NCBI GenBank assembly: GCA_002269645.1
Contig: NIVC01000028.1
Location: 310,001-374,000, forward strand
Source of the DNA: Macrostomum lignano
Lineage: Eukaryota
Direction: 5' to 3'
DNA: 64,000 nucleotides
In this document: positions 12,012-24,262 of the stretch, one piece after another
Numbering within the stretch: position 1 is the first letter of the stretch
Layout: each line of letters begins with the position of its first letter
Notes under the pieces: generated by a model
Database searches by the model: none
What the model was told of the DNA's origin: nothing
What the model saw: the letters and a program-made list of their open reading frames with translations, nothing else
Made by a program: the position numbers and the translations under genes

Positions 12012-12303
12012 GTCTTCTCTCCCCTTCTCTCCTCTCCTCTCTCTTCTCTCCTCTCCTCTCCCTTCTCTCCTCTCCTCTCCCTTCTCTCCTCTCCTCTCCC
12101 TTCTCTCCTCTCCTCTCCCTTCTCTCCTCTCCTCTCCCTTCTCTCCTCTCCTCTCTCCTATCCTCTCCTCCCTTCCCTTCTCTCCTCCCCTTATTGATCC
12201 TCTCCCTTCACTCCTCTTCAATCTTCGGGCCCGGCCTGCAGTAATGTACTAGATTTTTCATCTGGCATTTTTACAATATAAAACTTTGCCAACCCCCGTG
12301 TTA
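12012..12303. repeat. 19-bp CT-rich tandem array plus ~110-bp unique tail shared with 15061-15175
   Basis: (CTCCTCTCCCTTCTCTCCT)n followed by CGGGCCCGGCCTGCAG...AAACTTTGCCAACCCCCGTG, also present at 15100-15173. Confidence 0.85.
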
Positions 12304-13152
12304 ACCCCCGTGGTCAAACCCAAAGATTTTTAATGAGGCTAAGTTTGGAATCCTGAATTCTGCTAGCTTTTTCAGTAGTGTCTTCTAGTGCCCTATCTTA
12401 AGAATATACTAATATAGGCTTTATAAGTGCTTTGAGTCTTTAAACTGCTACAACTGTTACATTTTTGCAATAACAAAGACTGAGATTGGCAATTCCAAAG
12501 GCTCATAACTGAGCTACAACAGCAAATATATTGCCTTCTAGTATGTGACTGGTCTGTTTATAGCATGTGCTCAAAAATAAGGTTGATCCAAAGAAAAATC
12601 CATCATCACAATGTGATAGAAAAGTTTTTTTTTCATGCTGGACAAATAGAATTAGTGGTTTTGGTCATTAACTGTTCAAATTTGGTTATCACCTTGTGTC
12701 TTGTTTGAACAGAAGTTTGTATGGTTTACAGTGGCTTAATTTTCTGAAGCAATTGAAAGTGTTTGTTTAGCTTTTTTGATTTATAAGATAATACAAATAT
12801 GTTGGAGACCAAATGGAAGAGCATGCTGTTCCTTTAGGCTGAGTCTATGTTTGAAGATATTGGTAATAACATGTAGAGTTGTAGACCAGACCTGTGGCAC
12901 TTCTCTTGTGGCCAGAGATTTTGTAGCTTTTTCTCAAGTTTGGCTTTATCCAGCATTATTGCATTTAGTTGTCCTCTTGTTGATGTGATAAGATAGTTAA
13001 TGTGACTTATAAAGATTATTTTTTGCCACATAACTGGTTTTAATTTGTTGTTAATATATTATCTTTAAAAATACTTCAGCATTTGAATTTCTATATACAC
13101 TCGTTTCGTCATTCAAGTCATCAGTTTATTAAATAAAATCGAACAAAAAGCA

Positions 13153-16100
13153 ATGGACACCAGCATTGATGATGCAACTGATGCAGCCACACTGGCATCT
13201 GCTTCAATCCTATCTGACAGTTTTATGGTGCCGCAATCTCCGGCTTTAATGAAACTGTCAGCAACTGCTCCTAGCAATCGTATGAAGGTCAGAACTTTAT
13301 TATTTATTATTATAAGTTATCATAGCTGGAATCTCAAAATCTAACTCTACACACCGTCACCAAGTACATCTATCCCGTTGATACTGAAACAAGAATCGCA
13401 AAAAAGTCATTGAAGAGTAGTTGTGTTTAGTGCCTAACTTTCTACTAAATCAGTAGGCTAGTTAGAGTGCAATTTAGAGTTCAATATAGGCTACTCTGAG
13501 TTTTGATTGTAAAACTGTAGTTCTCTAACTGTGTAACGCATCCAGGGTGTCTCAGAAGTAACGACTCAAATACGATTCTATGGCTCTCCAGAGTCGTTTC
13601 AAAGTTGTAGACAATAAAACAACTTCATAGTGATTCTTGGACCTCATATCTTGTATCGTGACATCTCAGATATTTCATCAGGTATTTCAACCCCCTTCCA
13701 TCCTCTCCCACAGGTGTACCTCCGAGTTCGCCCAGTGACACCCAACGAGCAGCTCAGCTGTACCGCCTGCGCCGGCCTGGACCTCAGCAGCCCCACCGGC
13801 CGCTGCTTCACCGCAGACTCCGCTAACGGCTGGCTGGTGGCCAGAAGCCCCTCAACGCTGCAGAGTCAGCAGGCGAATACTGGATTGGACGAGTCAAAAT
13901 TATCGAATTCTGCCTCAGCAAACGGGGGAGGAGGCGGTGGAGGCGAGCGGGTGAGCAACAGGTTCACATTTAGTGGCGTGTTCGATGAGACGGCAGATCA
14001 GCAGGGCCTGTACGCGGGCACGGTGGCTGAGACGGTGCGTCAGCTTGCTGAGGGAGACCTGAGCAGTGGATTGCTGTTCAACTATGGGGTGACGAGCTCG
14101 GGAAAGACTTTTACAGTGCAGGTGAGTCTTCTATGCAGTGTTGGCCACTTTTAAGTTGAAAAATCAAAACTGGGGTTGTAGCCCAGTGATCAGAGTGTCT
14201 GACTCACGACTTGAAGGTCGGGGGTTCGATTCTCGACCCACTCGGAACAATTTGTATGCTTGAGCCAGCTGTAAAATGGGTGCCAGCATTAGCTGGGGTA
14301 ATTGAGGGTGTGTGTGTGGCGACCCCCCAGTCCTTGGACTGAACAGCCGTACGCAGCCTTTAGATGCGCCGCGCAATAGCTGCGGCTGAGCTGTCGGTTG
14401 CACATCTGCCCATTAGGCCAGGTGTAATCAATTATCAATTAATTTTGAGTAGGGGTCGGCAAACTCCGTCCAGTGGGCCATACGCGGCCCGCCAAGTCTC
14501 TACCCGGCCCTTTGGTCCTTTGAAACTTCACAATAGCAATCCGGCCCGTTCAGGGTCTGTGTCTCATCTCAAATCTGTCTGATTTCCTCTCCCTTCTCTC
14601 CGCTCTCCTCCCTTCTCTCCTCTCCTCTTCCTTCTCTCCTCTCCCTTCTCTCCTCTCCCTTCTCTCCGCTCCTCTCCCTTCTCTCCTCTCCTCTCCCTCC
14701 TCTCCCTTCTCTCCTCTCCTCTCCCTTCTCTCCTCTCCTCTCCCCTCTCTCCTCTCCTCTCCCCTCTCTCCTCTCCTCTCCCTTCTCTCCTCTCCTCTCC
14801 CTTCTCTCCTCTCCTCTCCCTTCTCTCCTCTCCTCTCCCTTCTCTCCTCTCCTCTCCCTTCTCTCCTCTCCTCTCCCTTCTCTCCTCTCCTCTCCCTTCT
14901 CTCCTCTCCTCTCCCTTCTCTCCTCTCCCTTCTCTCCTCTTCTCTTCCGTCTCTCCTGTCCTCTCCCTTCTCTCCTCTCCTCTCCTCTCCTCTTCTCTCC
15001 CTTCTCTCCCTTCTCTCCTCTCCTCTCTCCTATCCTCTCCTCCCTTCCTTTCTCTCCTTCCCCTTATTGATCCTCTCCCTTCTCTCCTCCTCAATCCTCG
15101 GGCCCGGCCTGCAGTCATGTGCTAGATTTTTCATCTGGCATTTTTGCAATATAAAACTTTGCCAACCCCCGTGTTAGCGTATGTTTAACTATAATTCAGG
15201 CAAAGTTAAGCAAAAGCGGTTGCGATTAGTCAGTGCGCAGAGCAAATAAGCTGGCGGCTTGAAACTTTGTTAAACTTGGCCTTAATTAGCGCCTCCGTTA
15301 TTTTCCCAGGGCACCCCTCAGTCTCCCGGCCTGCTGCCGCGCGCCCTCGCCGACCTGTTCCGGCGCCTTGACGGTCAGCTGAGCGGCGCCGAGCAGCTGC
15401 TGCCGTTCCGGCCGGTCAGCTTCAGCGAGGCTGCCCCGCTGGCGCCGGATGAGGCCAGGGCGGCGCTGGCGGAGACTCGAGCAGTGCTGAGTCGGTTTGA
15501 TGCCTGCGATGCCCAGCTTGGGGACTGGTGAGGCTGGGGTGGCAAACATCATCAATCACGATTGTTTCTGAGCAGTTCCCCTTTGAGCAGTCCCTGCACA
15601 GTCTAAGCAGTTCCTCTTTGAGCAGTCCCTGCACAGTCTGAGCAGTTCCCCTTTGAGCAGTCCCTGCACAGTCTAAGCAGTTCCTCTTTGAGCAGTCCCT
15701 GCACAGTCTGAGCAGTTCCCCTTTGAGCAGTCCCTGCACAGTCTGAGCAGTTCCCATTTGAGCAGTCCCTGCACAGTCTGAGCAGTTCCCATTTGAGCAG
15801 TCCCTGCACAGTCTGAGCAGTTCCCCTTTGAGCAGTCCCAGCAGTCCCAACAGTCCCTGCACAGTCTGAGCAGTTCCCCTTTGAGCAGTCCCTGCACAGT
15901 CTGAGCAGTTCCCATTTGAGCAGTCCCTGCACAGTCTGAGCAGTTCCCCTTTGAGCAGTCCCTGCACAGTCTGAGCAGTTCCCATTTGAGCAGTCCCTGC
16001 ACAGTCTGAGCAGTTCCCCTTTGAGCAGTCCCTACACAGTCTGAGCAGTTCCCATTTGAGCAGTCCCTGCACAGTCTGAGCAGTTCCCATTTGAGCAGTC

Positions 16101-19100
16101 CCTGCACAGTCTGAGCAGTTCCCATTTGAGCAGTCCCTGCACAGTCTGAGCAGTTCCCATTTGAGCTGTCCCTGCACAGTCTGAGCAGTTCCCATTTGAG
16201 CAGTCCCTGCACAGTCTGAGCAGTTCCCCTTTGAGCAGTCCCAGCAGTCCCTGCACAGTCTGAGCAGTTCCCCTTTGAGCAGTCCCTGCACAGTCTGAGC
16301 AGTTCCCCTTTGAGCAGTCCCTGCACAGTCTGAGCAGTTCCCATTTAAGCAGTCCCTGCACAGTCTGAGCAGTTCCCCTTTGAGCAGTCCCAGCAGTCCC
16401 AACAGTCCCTGCACAGTCTTAGCAGTTCCCCTTTGAGCAGTCCCTGCACAGTCTAAGCAGTTCCCATTTGAGCAGTCCCTGTACAGTCTGAGCAGTTCCC
16501 ATTTGAGCAGTCCCTGCACAGTCTGAGCAGTTCTTATTTGAGCAGTCCCTGCACAGTCTGAGCAGTTCCCATTTGAGCTGTCCCTGCACAGTCTGAGCAG
16601 TTCCCATTTGAGCAGTCCCTGCACAGTCTGAGCAGTTCCCCTTTGAGCAGTCCCAGCAGTCCCTGCACAGTCTGAGCAGTTCCCATTTGAGCAGTCCCTG
16701 CACAGTCTGAGCAGTTCCCCTGGAGCAGTCCCTGCACAGTCTGAGCAGTTCCCCTTTGAGCAGTCCCTGCACAGTCTGAGCAGTTCCCATTTGAGCAGTC
16801 CCTGCACAGTCTGAGCAGTTCCCATTTGAGCAGTCCCTGCACAGTCTGAGCAGTTCCCCTGGAGCAGTCCCTGCACAGTCTGAGCAGTTCCCCTTTGAGC
16901 AGTCCCTGCACAGTCTGAGCAGTTCCCATTTGAGCAGTCCCTGCACAGTCTGAGCAGTTCCACTTTGAGCAGTCCCTGCACAGTCTGAGCAGTTCCCCTG
17001 GAGCAGTCCCTGCACAGTCTGAGCAGTTCCCCTTGAGTCCTTGGCCCTCACCCTGAAGCCGCAGCCATCCCAGCTTCATCCCAGCAGCTGTACTCAAACG
17101 CTGAAACATTCGCAGGCGAGCGGCTCTGCAGCTCCCCAGCCCGAGTCCGCAGCTCCCAGCTGATGCCGCAGACCCCGTAGCCGCTGGCAAAGTCGGCAGC
17201 CGCTGCTCAGTGTGGGTGTCCTGCGCCGAGATCTACAACGAGATCGTCTACGACCTGCTGGAGCCGCTGAGCCGCCGGGCGCCCAGAAGGACGGCCTTGG
17301 AGCTGCGGGCGGACCGCACGGGCTCCGTGTACGTCAAAGGCCTTCGCTGCCTGCCGGTGTCAAGCGCTGATGAGGCCTTCAGGTTGGCGCTGCTGGGCAA
17401 ACACAATCAGCACCTGGCTGCCACCAAGCTGAACCAGCAGTCTTCCAGGAGTCACGCGCTGTTCTCCATCAGGCTGGTGCGCTGCGCTGACAGACCTTCG
17501 CCTCGCTTCAGTCAGGTGAGAAGGTTTGCGGGGCCAAGTCTTTGTTCACTCAGCCTTTGACACCAGACTCCAGATCCCCAATCCCAGATCCCCAATCCCA
17601 GATCCTCAATCCCAGATCCCCAATCCCAGATCCCCATCCCAGATCCCCAATGCCAGATCCTCAATCCCAGATCCCCAATCCCAGATCCCCAATCCCAGAT
17701 CCTCAATCCCAGATCCCCAATCCCAGATCCCCAATCCCAGATCCCCAATGCCAGATCCCCAATGCCAGATCCTCAATCCGAGATCCATAATCACAGATCC
17801 CAAATCCCCGATCCCAAATCACAAATCCCCGATCCCAAATCCCAAATCCCCGATCCCAGATTCCCAAATCAGAGATCCCCAACCTCAGTACCCAGATTTC
17901 ATCTCCCATCTTGCATCACGCATATCCGATCTCCCCTATCCCATTCCAAATCAACCATCTCCCATCACCCATCTCCCATTTCCTACATCACAGACCCCAT
18001 CTCTCACATCCCGCATCCATCTCCCACATCCCATCTCCCATCACCCAGATCCCATCTCCCATCACCCATATCCCACATCCCAGATCCCAGTGCATCCCGC
18101 CTCTTGCAGGTGTCCAGCCTGACCTTCTGCGACCTCGCCGGCTCGGAGCGGCAGCGCCACGCCGGCACGGCAGGCGAGCGCACCCGAGAGGCCGGCAGCA
18201 TCAACTCCAGCCTGCTGACCCTGCGCCGCTGCGTTGAGACTCTGCAGAGAAATCAGCGAAATCCCCGAGCCTCCATGCTGGTGCCGTTCCGGGACTCGAA
18301 GCTCACCCGCCTGCTGCAGCCCTACTTCAGCGGCAGCGGGCAGGCGGCGATGATTGTCAACATCTCCCAGTGCCCGTCGCTGTTCGACGAGACCTTCAAC
18401 GCGCTGAAGTTCAGCAGCTTGGCGCGCAGCGTCATCGTGAGCGAGCCAACGCCCAAGCGCCTGCGGCTGGCGGCCGCTGCCACCGCGTCTCCTGGGTACG
18501 GAGTGGCGTCCAAGTCTGCGGCGTCTGGGAGGGCCGGCGGCGGCGTCAGGACTGGAAGAAGACAAGATGGGGAGCAGAGGCTGGCCGATGAGGACGATGA
18601 GCTTGAGGCTTTGGATGTGACTTATGCTGATGAAGAGGAGGCTGAGATGGCGGACTTGGCCCAGATGGACAAGGAGGTGAGGCTGCCTGTGTCCGCTTGT
18701 GTCTGCTGTGTGTCTGTTGTATGCCTGCTTTGTGTCTGCTGTGTGTCCGCTGTGTGTATGCTGTTTCTTCTGTGTGTACTGTTGTTTGTATATAAAATAG
18801 TTGGGCTCTGACTTTGATTAAAATTGAGCCTGGTCGACTTAACTGCTGATCTGCAGGCTTTAACATAGACAATACTCGTATAAAGTTCAACGCAAGCGAT
18901 ATTTCACTACCAACACCTCTCTTCAGTTCATGCATGTGGCTTAAGCAGGGTTGCCCAATTCATTATACGTGAGCCTCTGGGGTGGAACACCGTGAGTAGG
19001 TCTGGTACTCCTGGTCGGAACAATCGGCTCAGCTGTGGGCAAAGAGCGATTCCGTTCCGCGTTCTCTACAGCGAGTCAAGAATCGTCTCACAGCTTCAAT

Positions 19101-21371
19101 ATGGCTTTCTCGACTCGAACTTGCAGTCAGACAGTCGTCAACGATGTGTCGAACTTCTGGTAGGCCTTGGAAGGCCGTATCGAGTCTCTGGTTATAAAAC
19201 TCCACAATGAAGCTGATTCCAAATTGAGCCATTCGAAGCATGTATCTTCCGAACGGCGTTATAAAAGTAGTGAGTGGCATGCTTTCGTCGGCCAGAGAAT
19301 CTGATGATATCCCTTGAGAGCATCCACCACTGTGAACCAATTAGAGTTAGTCATGTCTGTGTTTGCGACAACTTCAAGGGGCGTTGGAGACTGATACCGT
19401 GCCCGAATGACGAATTTATTGAGCTGACGAAAGTCAATGCAGAGTCTGATCTTGTCTGTGCCCTTCTTCGGAGCAACTACAATAGGCGCGCACCATAGGG
19501 TTGGCTCCGAGACAGGACAGATGACTTTCTGCTCTTCGAGAGCGTCTAGCTCGCTCTTAAGTTTTTGCTGCAGAGGCATTGCTAAACGTCGCGGAGTTCG
19601 AAACGCGAAGGGCTGAGCGTCATCCGCCAACTGAATTTTGAATTTCTCTCCGCTCATAGGGCGTATCTGCCCGTCGAAAACTGTAGGAAACTCTCTGATG
19701 AGCTGCTCCTCAGTGGTTGGTGGTTCGCTAATGCTACACGTCAACGGTGCAGGCTTTGGGAAATTCATCGGAATGATCCCCAGTTGCTGGCAGGTATGCC
19801 ATGACAAGACTGGATTGACTAGCTTTTTCAGTACATGCACCTCTGATAAAACAGTGCGCTGTCAGATGTGTCTTGAACTTCCCCATCACGGGAATGTTTT
19901 GGCCGTTTGCAGCTCTTGGAATGATAGTTGAGTGTTTGAGCTCATGAGCGCCAATCTTGAGCCGATTTCGATGATGGCGTCGATATTCGAGCCTGTATCC
20001 GGCATCATAGCGAATGAGGTGCCCCTGATGTCTACGTCCAGCGCTTTGCGCGACAGAGGCGATGATGGTGGAAACTCTCTTGTTCATGCGCTTTTTTCTG
20101 CACACAGTCGAAATGGCCACTCTTTCCACAACTAAAGCATGTTTTGTCTTTCGCTCGGCATGATCTTCCAAGGTGCATTGACTTGCCACAGAATCCACAT
20201 GTCCCGGAAGCGTTGATCTTTGGTCTCGCAGCGCTCTGTCGGGATGAATTTCGTTGGTGCTTTTCTTCTCTGGGGTTTTTGAAATCGACTTTTGCTAATG
20301 ACTTTGTTGTAGCGTCCTTCATTGTGTTAATGTTAGATGCACAGATTTCGTCCCTTTGCTTTGTCGAAGCCTCTTCTGCTCTGCAAATTTCGAGGACTCC
20401 AGCTCCATTAGCTTTGGCTCCGATAGTAGCTTTTTGATTGCTTCTGGGCTGCTCACTCCCAGCACTATCTTGTCCCGCAGCAAGTCGTCCGAATGTTTGC
20501 AGAATGCACACGTCCTCATTAAGTCTCTGAGTTCTAATAAATACTCATTGAAGGGTTCTCCGTCTTTCTGGTGTCTCTTCCATAACCTGTTGCGCTCCAC
20601 AATGATGTTTACTTGTCCCAATAGGTGCTGTCTAAGCGCGGAGATGACCTTTTTGGGGTCTTTGAAGTCTGCGTCCGACAATGGTAAGTTCTTGTACTTA
20701 CTGAAACTCGCAGACGAAAAAGCGTTCAGCATGCAGGCGCGTCGGCTACCTCTTTTCTGTGCCGTCACGTCTGCTGAATCAGTTGCTAGATGTTGGAAGC
20801 CCATGGCCTCAAAAGAAGCTTCTAGGGTAGCCTGCCATGCATCAAAACCGTCTAAATTGTCGGTTGCAAGATCCAATTGCGGGATTTGCAATCCAGGAAG
20901 TCCGAACTTGACCTTTTCCGGTTCACTGCTTTCGCTTGGTGGAGGGGCCCTTGATGCCCTTGATGGCGACTTCTGTGGCGGCGGAGGTGCCTTTGATGGT
21001 GATCTCTGTTGTGTTTTAGACATTCGGCTGAACAAGATGTAGCGCTTTCAGATGCTCAGACTCAGACTGCTATGCAATGCCATGTTTATATATAAAATAG
21101 TTGGGCTCTGACTTTAAGCCGAGTTTGCGTGAGAGTATATTATAAAAAAAAATTGAGCCTGGTCGACTTAACTGCCGAGCTGCGATTTTAACATAGACTA
21201 GACAATACTCCTATAAAGTTCAAGAAATTTGTCACTACCGACAGCTGTGTGTCTTTCTGTCTGTGTCTGTCTGTCTGTCTGTCTGTGTCTGTCTGTCTGT
21301 CTGTCTGTGTTTGTCTGTCTGTGTCTGTCTGTCTGTCTGTGTTTGTCTGTCTGTGTCTGTCTGTCTGTCTG

Positions 21372-21430
<59 letters not shown>

Positions 21431-22183
21431 AACAAGCCCCAGTCCCGCCCCACTCGACCCCAGGAGCTGCTGGCGGTCATCGCCTCGTTGCGGCAGTCCC
21501 GCCGCCAGCTGGACGAGGCGGTGGAGGCCCGCGAGCTGCAGATCCGCCGGGAGCTGATCGCCGAGCGGGACCGCCTGATGGAGACCATGGAGGAGCGGTT
21601 TGAGGCCCAGCTGCAGCAGCAGAAGGACAAGCAGCTGGTGAGTGGGGCAGCGAATCCCAACTGAGCACACCCAGATCCCACCTGAGCACACCCAGACCCC
21701 ACCTGAGCACACCCAGACCCCACCTGAGCACACCCAGATCCCACCTGAGCACACCCAGATCCCAGCAGACCCCAGCCCCAATGCCCTCAGGACCAGCACG
21801 AAGAGCGCCTCACTGAGTACCTGAGCACAGCCAACAAGCTCGCCAGTCGCCAGCTCGAGCTGTGCCGACGCCGCGGCGAGGCGAGAGTCGCCCGCCTGAA
21901 CGAGAGGCTGGGCGAGGCGACGGCGAGGCTGGACCAGCAGGACGCCGTCATCGCCGCCCTGACAGCCGAGCGCGATGAAGCCCGGCTGCAGCTGGCGGCT
22001 CTGGAGGCCAGACTGGCCGATGCTCAGCTTGCTGATGACGCTTTGAGTGCGGAGAAGCTGCTGAAGCTGAGGCGCGTCGGCGACTTCCAGCAGGGACTTC
22101 GGGCGGCTCGGGAGAGCGGCGACGTGGCGGCCTGCGGCGGCGGCGAAGTCGAAGCGCCTGCGGAGGCGGCGGCGAGCGGGTGA
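13153..22183 (+). CDS. KIF20A: Kinesin-6 family motor (KIF20A/B, MKLP2-like), 7 exons, ~764 aa
   Basis: Exons 13153-13287, 13714-14121, 15310-15527, 17116-17515, 18110-18676, 21464-21637, 21791-22183, all GT-AG with matching phases. Motifs [27 protein letters not shown] plus long loop-6 insert, [41 protein letters not shown], then coiled coil. First exon and terminal stop are less certain; A versus B orthology is not resolved. Confidence 0.88.
14172..14445 (+). mobile_element. tRNA-derived SINE
   Basis: 5' tRNA-like head GGGGTTGTAGCCCAGTGA (A box) ... GGTTCGATTC (B box), central CCAGCTGTAAAATGGGT motif and short (TCAATTA) tail. No intact tRNA 3' acceptor arm. Confidence 0.65.
14450..15171. 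mobile_element. Putative hAT-type non-autonomous element with internal CT minisatellite
   Basis: Imperfect terminal inverted repeats TAGGGGTCGGCAAACT / AACTTTGCCAACCCCCG. No 8-bp TSD found. Confidence 0.5.
15565..17033. repeat. 35-bp minisatellite (CTGAGCAGTTCCCATTTGAGCAGTCCCTGCACAGT), ~42 copies, fills kinesin intron 3
   Basis: Direct reading; source of the Cys-rich pseudo-ORFs. Confidence 0.98.
17565..18090. repeat. ~14-bp (CCAGATCCCCAATC)n array decaying into C/A/T-rich repeats, kinesin intron 4
   Basis: Direct reading. Confidence 0.9.
18783..21243 (-). mobile_element. Internally deleted Ty3/Gypsy LTR retrotransposon (gag, CCHC, protease, partial RT; no RNase H or integrase)
   Basis: TG..CA LTRs at 18783-18915 and 21083-21243. 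PBS TGGCATTGC next to 21082, purine tract GAAGAGAGG next to 18916. Motifs [48 protein letters not shown]. Flanks ACTGT/GCTGT (4/5 TSD). Confidence 0.88.
21252..21430. repeat. (CTGT)n microsatellite
   Basis: Direct reading. Confidence 0.98.
21660..21775. repeat. 21-bp minisatellite (CTGAGCACACCCAGATCCCAC) in kinesin intron 6
   Basis: Period 21 at 21661, 21682, 21703. Confidence 0.95.
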
Positions 22184-23267
22184 GGGCGGAGGTCGACGGG
22201 TCAAATGAGGTCACGCTCTTGATGCCTGGGTCATCTAGGTTCAAGTTACGGGTTTCCAGATTTACGGGTTTCCAGATTTCCAGATTTACGGGTTTCCAGA
22301 TTTCCAGATTTACGGGTTTCCAGAAGTTTCAGGGTTGTCTAAGGTCATGATTAGGTCTGTGGGGTCATCTAAGGTCATTTGTAGTTCAGGTCAATTCAGA
22401 GTCTTCAATGGGACTGTCCATCTACTGCAGACATTCATTGGACACCCCTGAGCTGATTGAACAACATTTTCAATCCCGCAGCTGTCAGGGGAATTCCGAA
22501 TGAGCCGCTGAGGGCACCGCCTGGGCATCCCGCATTTCACTGACCAAGTCTGCACCCGGTACCCAGCTGTGCTACTGCAAGTACTGAATATGGCGCGCTT
22601 GACTGCAATCTGCATGAATTTGTGTCTGACTTTTCTGCCTTCACTTCACCCTGCTGTGGCACCTCATCAATGGCGCTTTGTGCTCAAATGCAGTTTATTT
22701 ATAAATTTATTAATAATTTTGCATTTTGTACTCACAGCTTATTTTGCTAATCTTTATACACAGTTCAGGTGTGCATTTTGTAACCCTTTGATAATCCTTG
22801 GATTTATTTATTGGGTGCAACAGACTGACACGGCAGTTCTGCATTAATCATTTATATTGACCTGCATTGCTCAGATGAAATCATTGCTGTTTCAGTTTCT
22901 CTGCCACATCAACATTGGATGGCACTGCAGTGCAGCAATGTAAAGTATGTGCAGTTTACTATTTATTAATTGGGACATATTTTTGTCTGCTAATCTGCAT
23001 TTGCCTCTGCTGCCATCAGAGCTGAAGTGAGTTGACAGCTCAGCCTCACACCCAGTGTTTTCTTTTGTGCTCAAATCCCAAATCATCAGTGCAATGAGAT
23101 TTCTCACATTATTAATAATTTATCTGAATTTATACTTTTCAAGATCTCAAACAGCTCAACTCATAAAACTGCTGAAAGTTCTCAGCCTGTGTGACTGACT
23201 TTATCATTTTGTGCGTTTGGGATTTGGATTGGTGCTCATGTGCCATAACCCCTATCTCATGCAGACA

Positions 23268-23575
23268 GCCATTGCTCATGTGCCATGGCCCAAATCTCAT
23301 GCACACAGCCATTGCTCATGTGCCATGACCCATATCTCATGCACACAGCCATTGCTCATGTGCCATGACCCATATCTCATGCACACAGCCATTGCTCATG
23401 TGCCATGACCCATATCTCATGCACACAGCCATTGCTCATGTGCCATGACCCATATCTCATGCACACAGCCATTGCTCATGTGCCATGACCCATATCTCAT
23501 GCACACAGCCATTGCTCATGTGCCATGACCCATATCTCATGCACACAGCCATTGCTCATGTGCCATGACTCATAT
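23268..23575. repeat. 40-bp minisatellite (CCATTGCTCATGTGCCATGACCCATATCTCATGCACACAG), ~8 copies
   Basis: Period 40 read directly. Confidence 0.97.
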
Positions 23576-23889
23576 CTCTGCGCTCCGTTCGCCCCACCTG
23601 TTTCCTTAATTAGCAACAGTCTCTCAGCAGCTGCATCAGCAAATTCGCAGCCTCTCTCTTGCGTGACAAAAGAAGACTTGCAGCAAATGCTTTTCTGGGG
23701 GTTGATGGCTGCCTAACAGCGGCACAGACAAACTGCTTGAGCGCTAACCCTACCCTCTCAAACCATTCACTGCTTTGCACTGCGCCTGTGCGTTCTCGGT
23801 GACTGTAAAATTCGCTGCCTTGGATATTCGGCACTGCGGGTTTTCAGATGCGAGCCTTGCACTCATAATTGGGCGTTTAGAATTAGGGA

Positions 23890-24262
23890 GAGAGACAGGC
23901 TGGGATGTAGGGCGAGGATCAGGGAGAGACAGGCTGGGATGTAGGGTGACGAGCAGGGAGAGAGACAGGCTGGGATGTAGGGTGAGGGGCAGGGAGAGAG
24001 ACAGGCTGGGATGTAGGGTGGGGGCATGGAGAGACAGGCTGGGATGTAGGGTGACGAGCAGGGAGAGAGACAGGCTGGGATGTAGGGTGGGGGCATGGAG
24101 AGACAGGCTGGGATGTAGGGTGGGGGCAGGGAGAGACAGGCTGGGATGCAGGGTGAGGGGCAGGGAGAGACAGGCTGGGATGTAGTGTGAGGGGCAGGGA
24201 GAGAGGCAGGCTGGGATGCAGGGTGGGGGCAGGGAGAGACAGGCTGGGATGTAGGGTGGGTG
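23890..24262. repeat. G-rich ~36-40-bp minisatellite (AGAGACAGGCTGGGATGTAGGGTG...)
   Basis: Direct reading, ~10 copies. Confidence 0.93.

Noticed and set aside
14172-14245. Possible tRNA gene
   Set aside because: A and B boxes are present, but the stems and 3' acceptor arm do not pair; it continues into a SINE-like body.
15565-17033. Regular repeat arrays (also 23268-23575, 43395-44210, 45488-45761) as possible CRISPR arrays
   Set aside because: Head-to-tail units with no unique spacers, no cas genes and a eukaryotic intron context.
15422-17190. Cys-rich ORFs up to 519 aa (CSDCAGTA repeats) resembling metallothionein or keratin-associated proteins
   Set aside because: Translations of a 35-bp intronic minisatellite on the strand opposite the kinesin; the period is not a multiple of 3.
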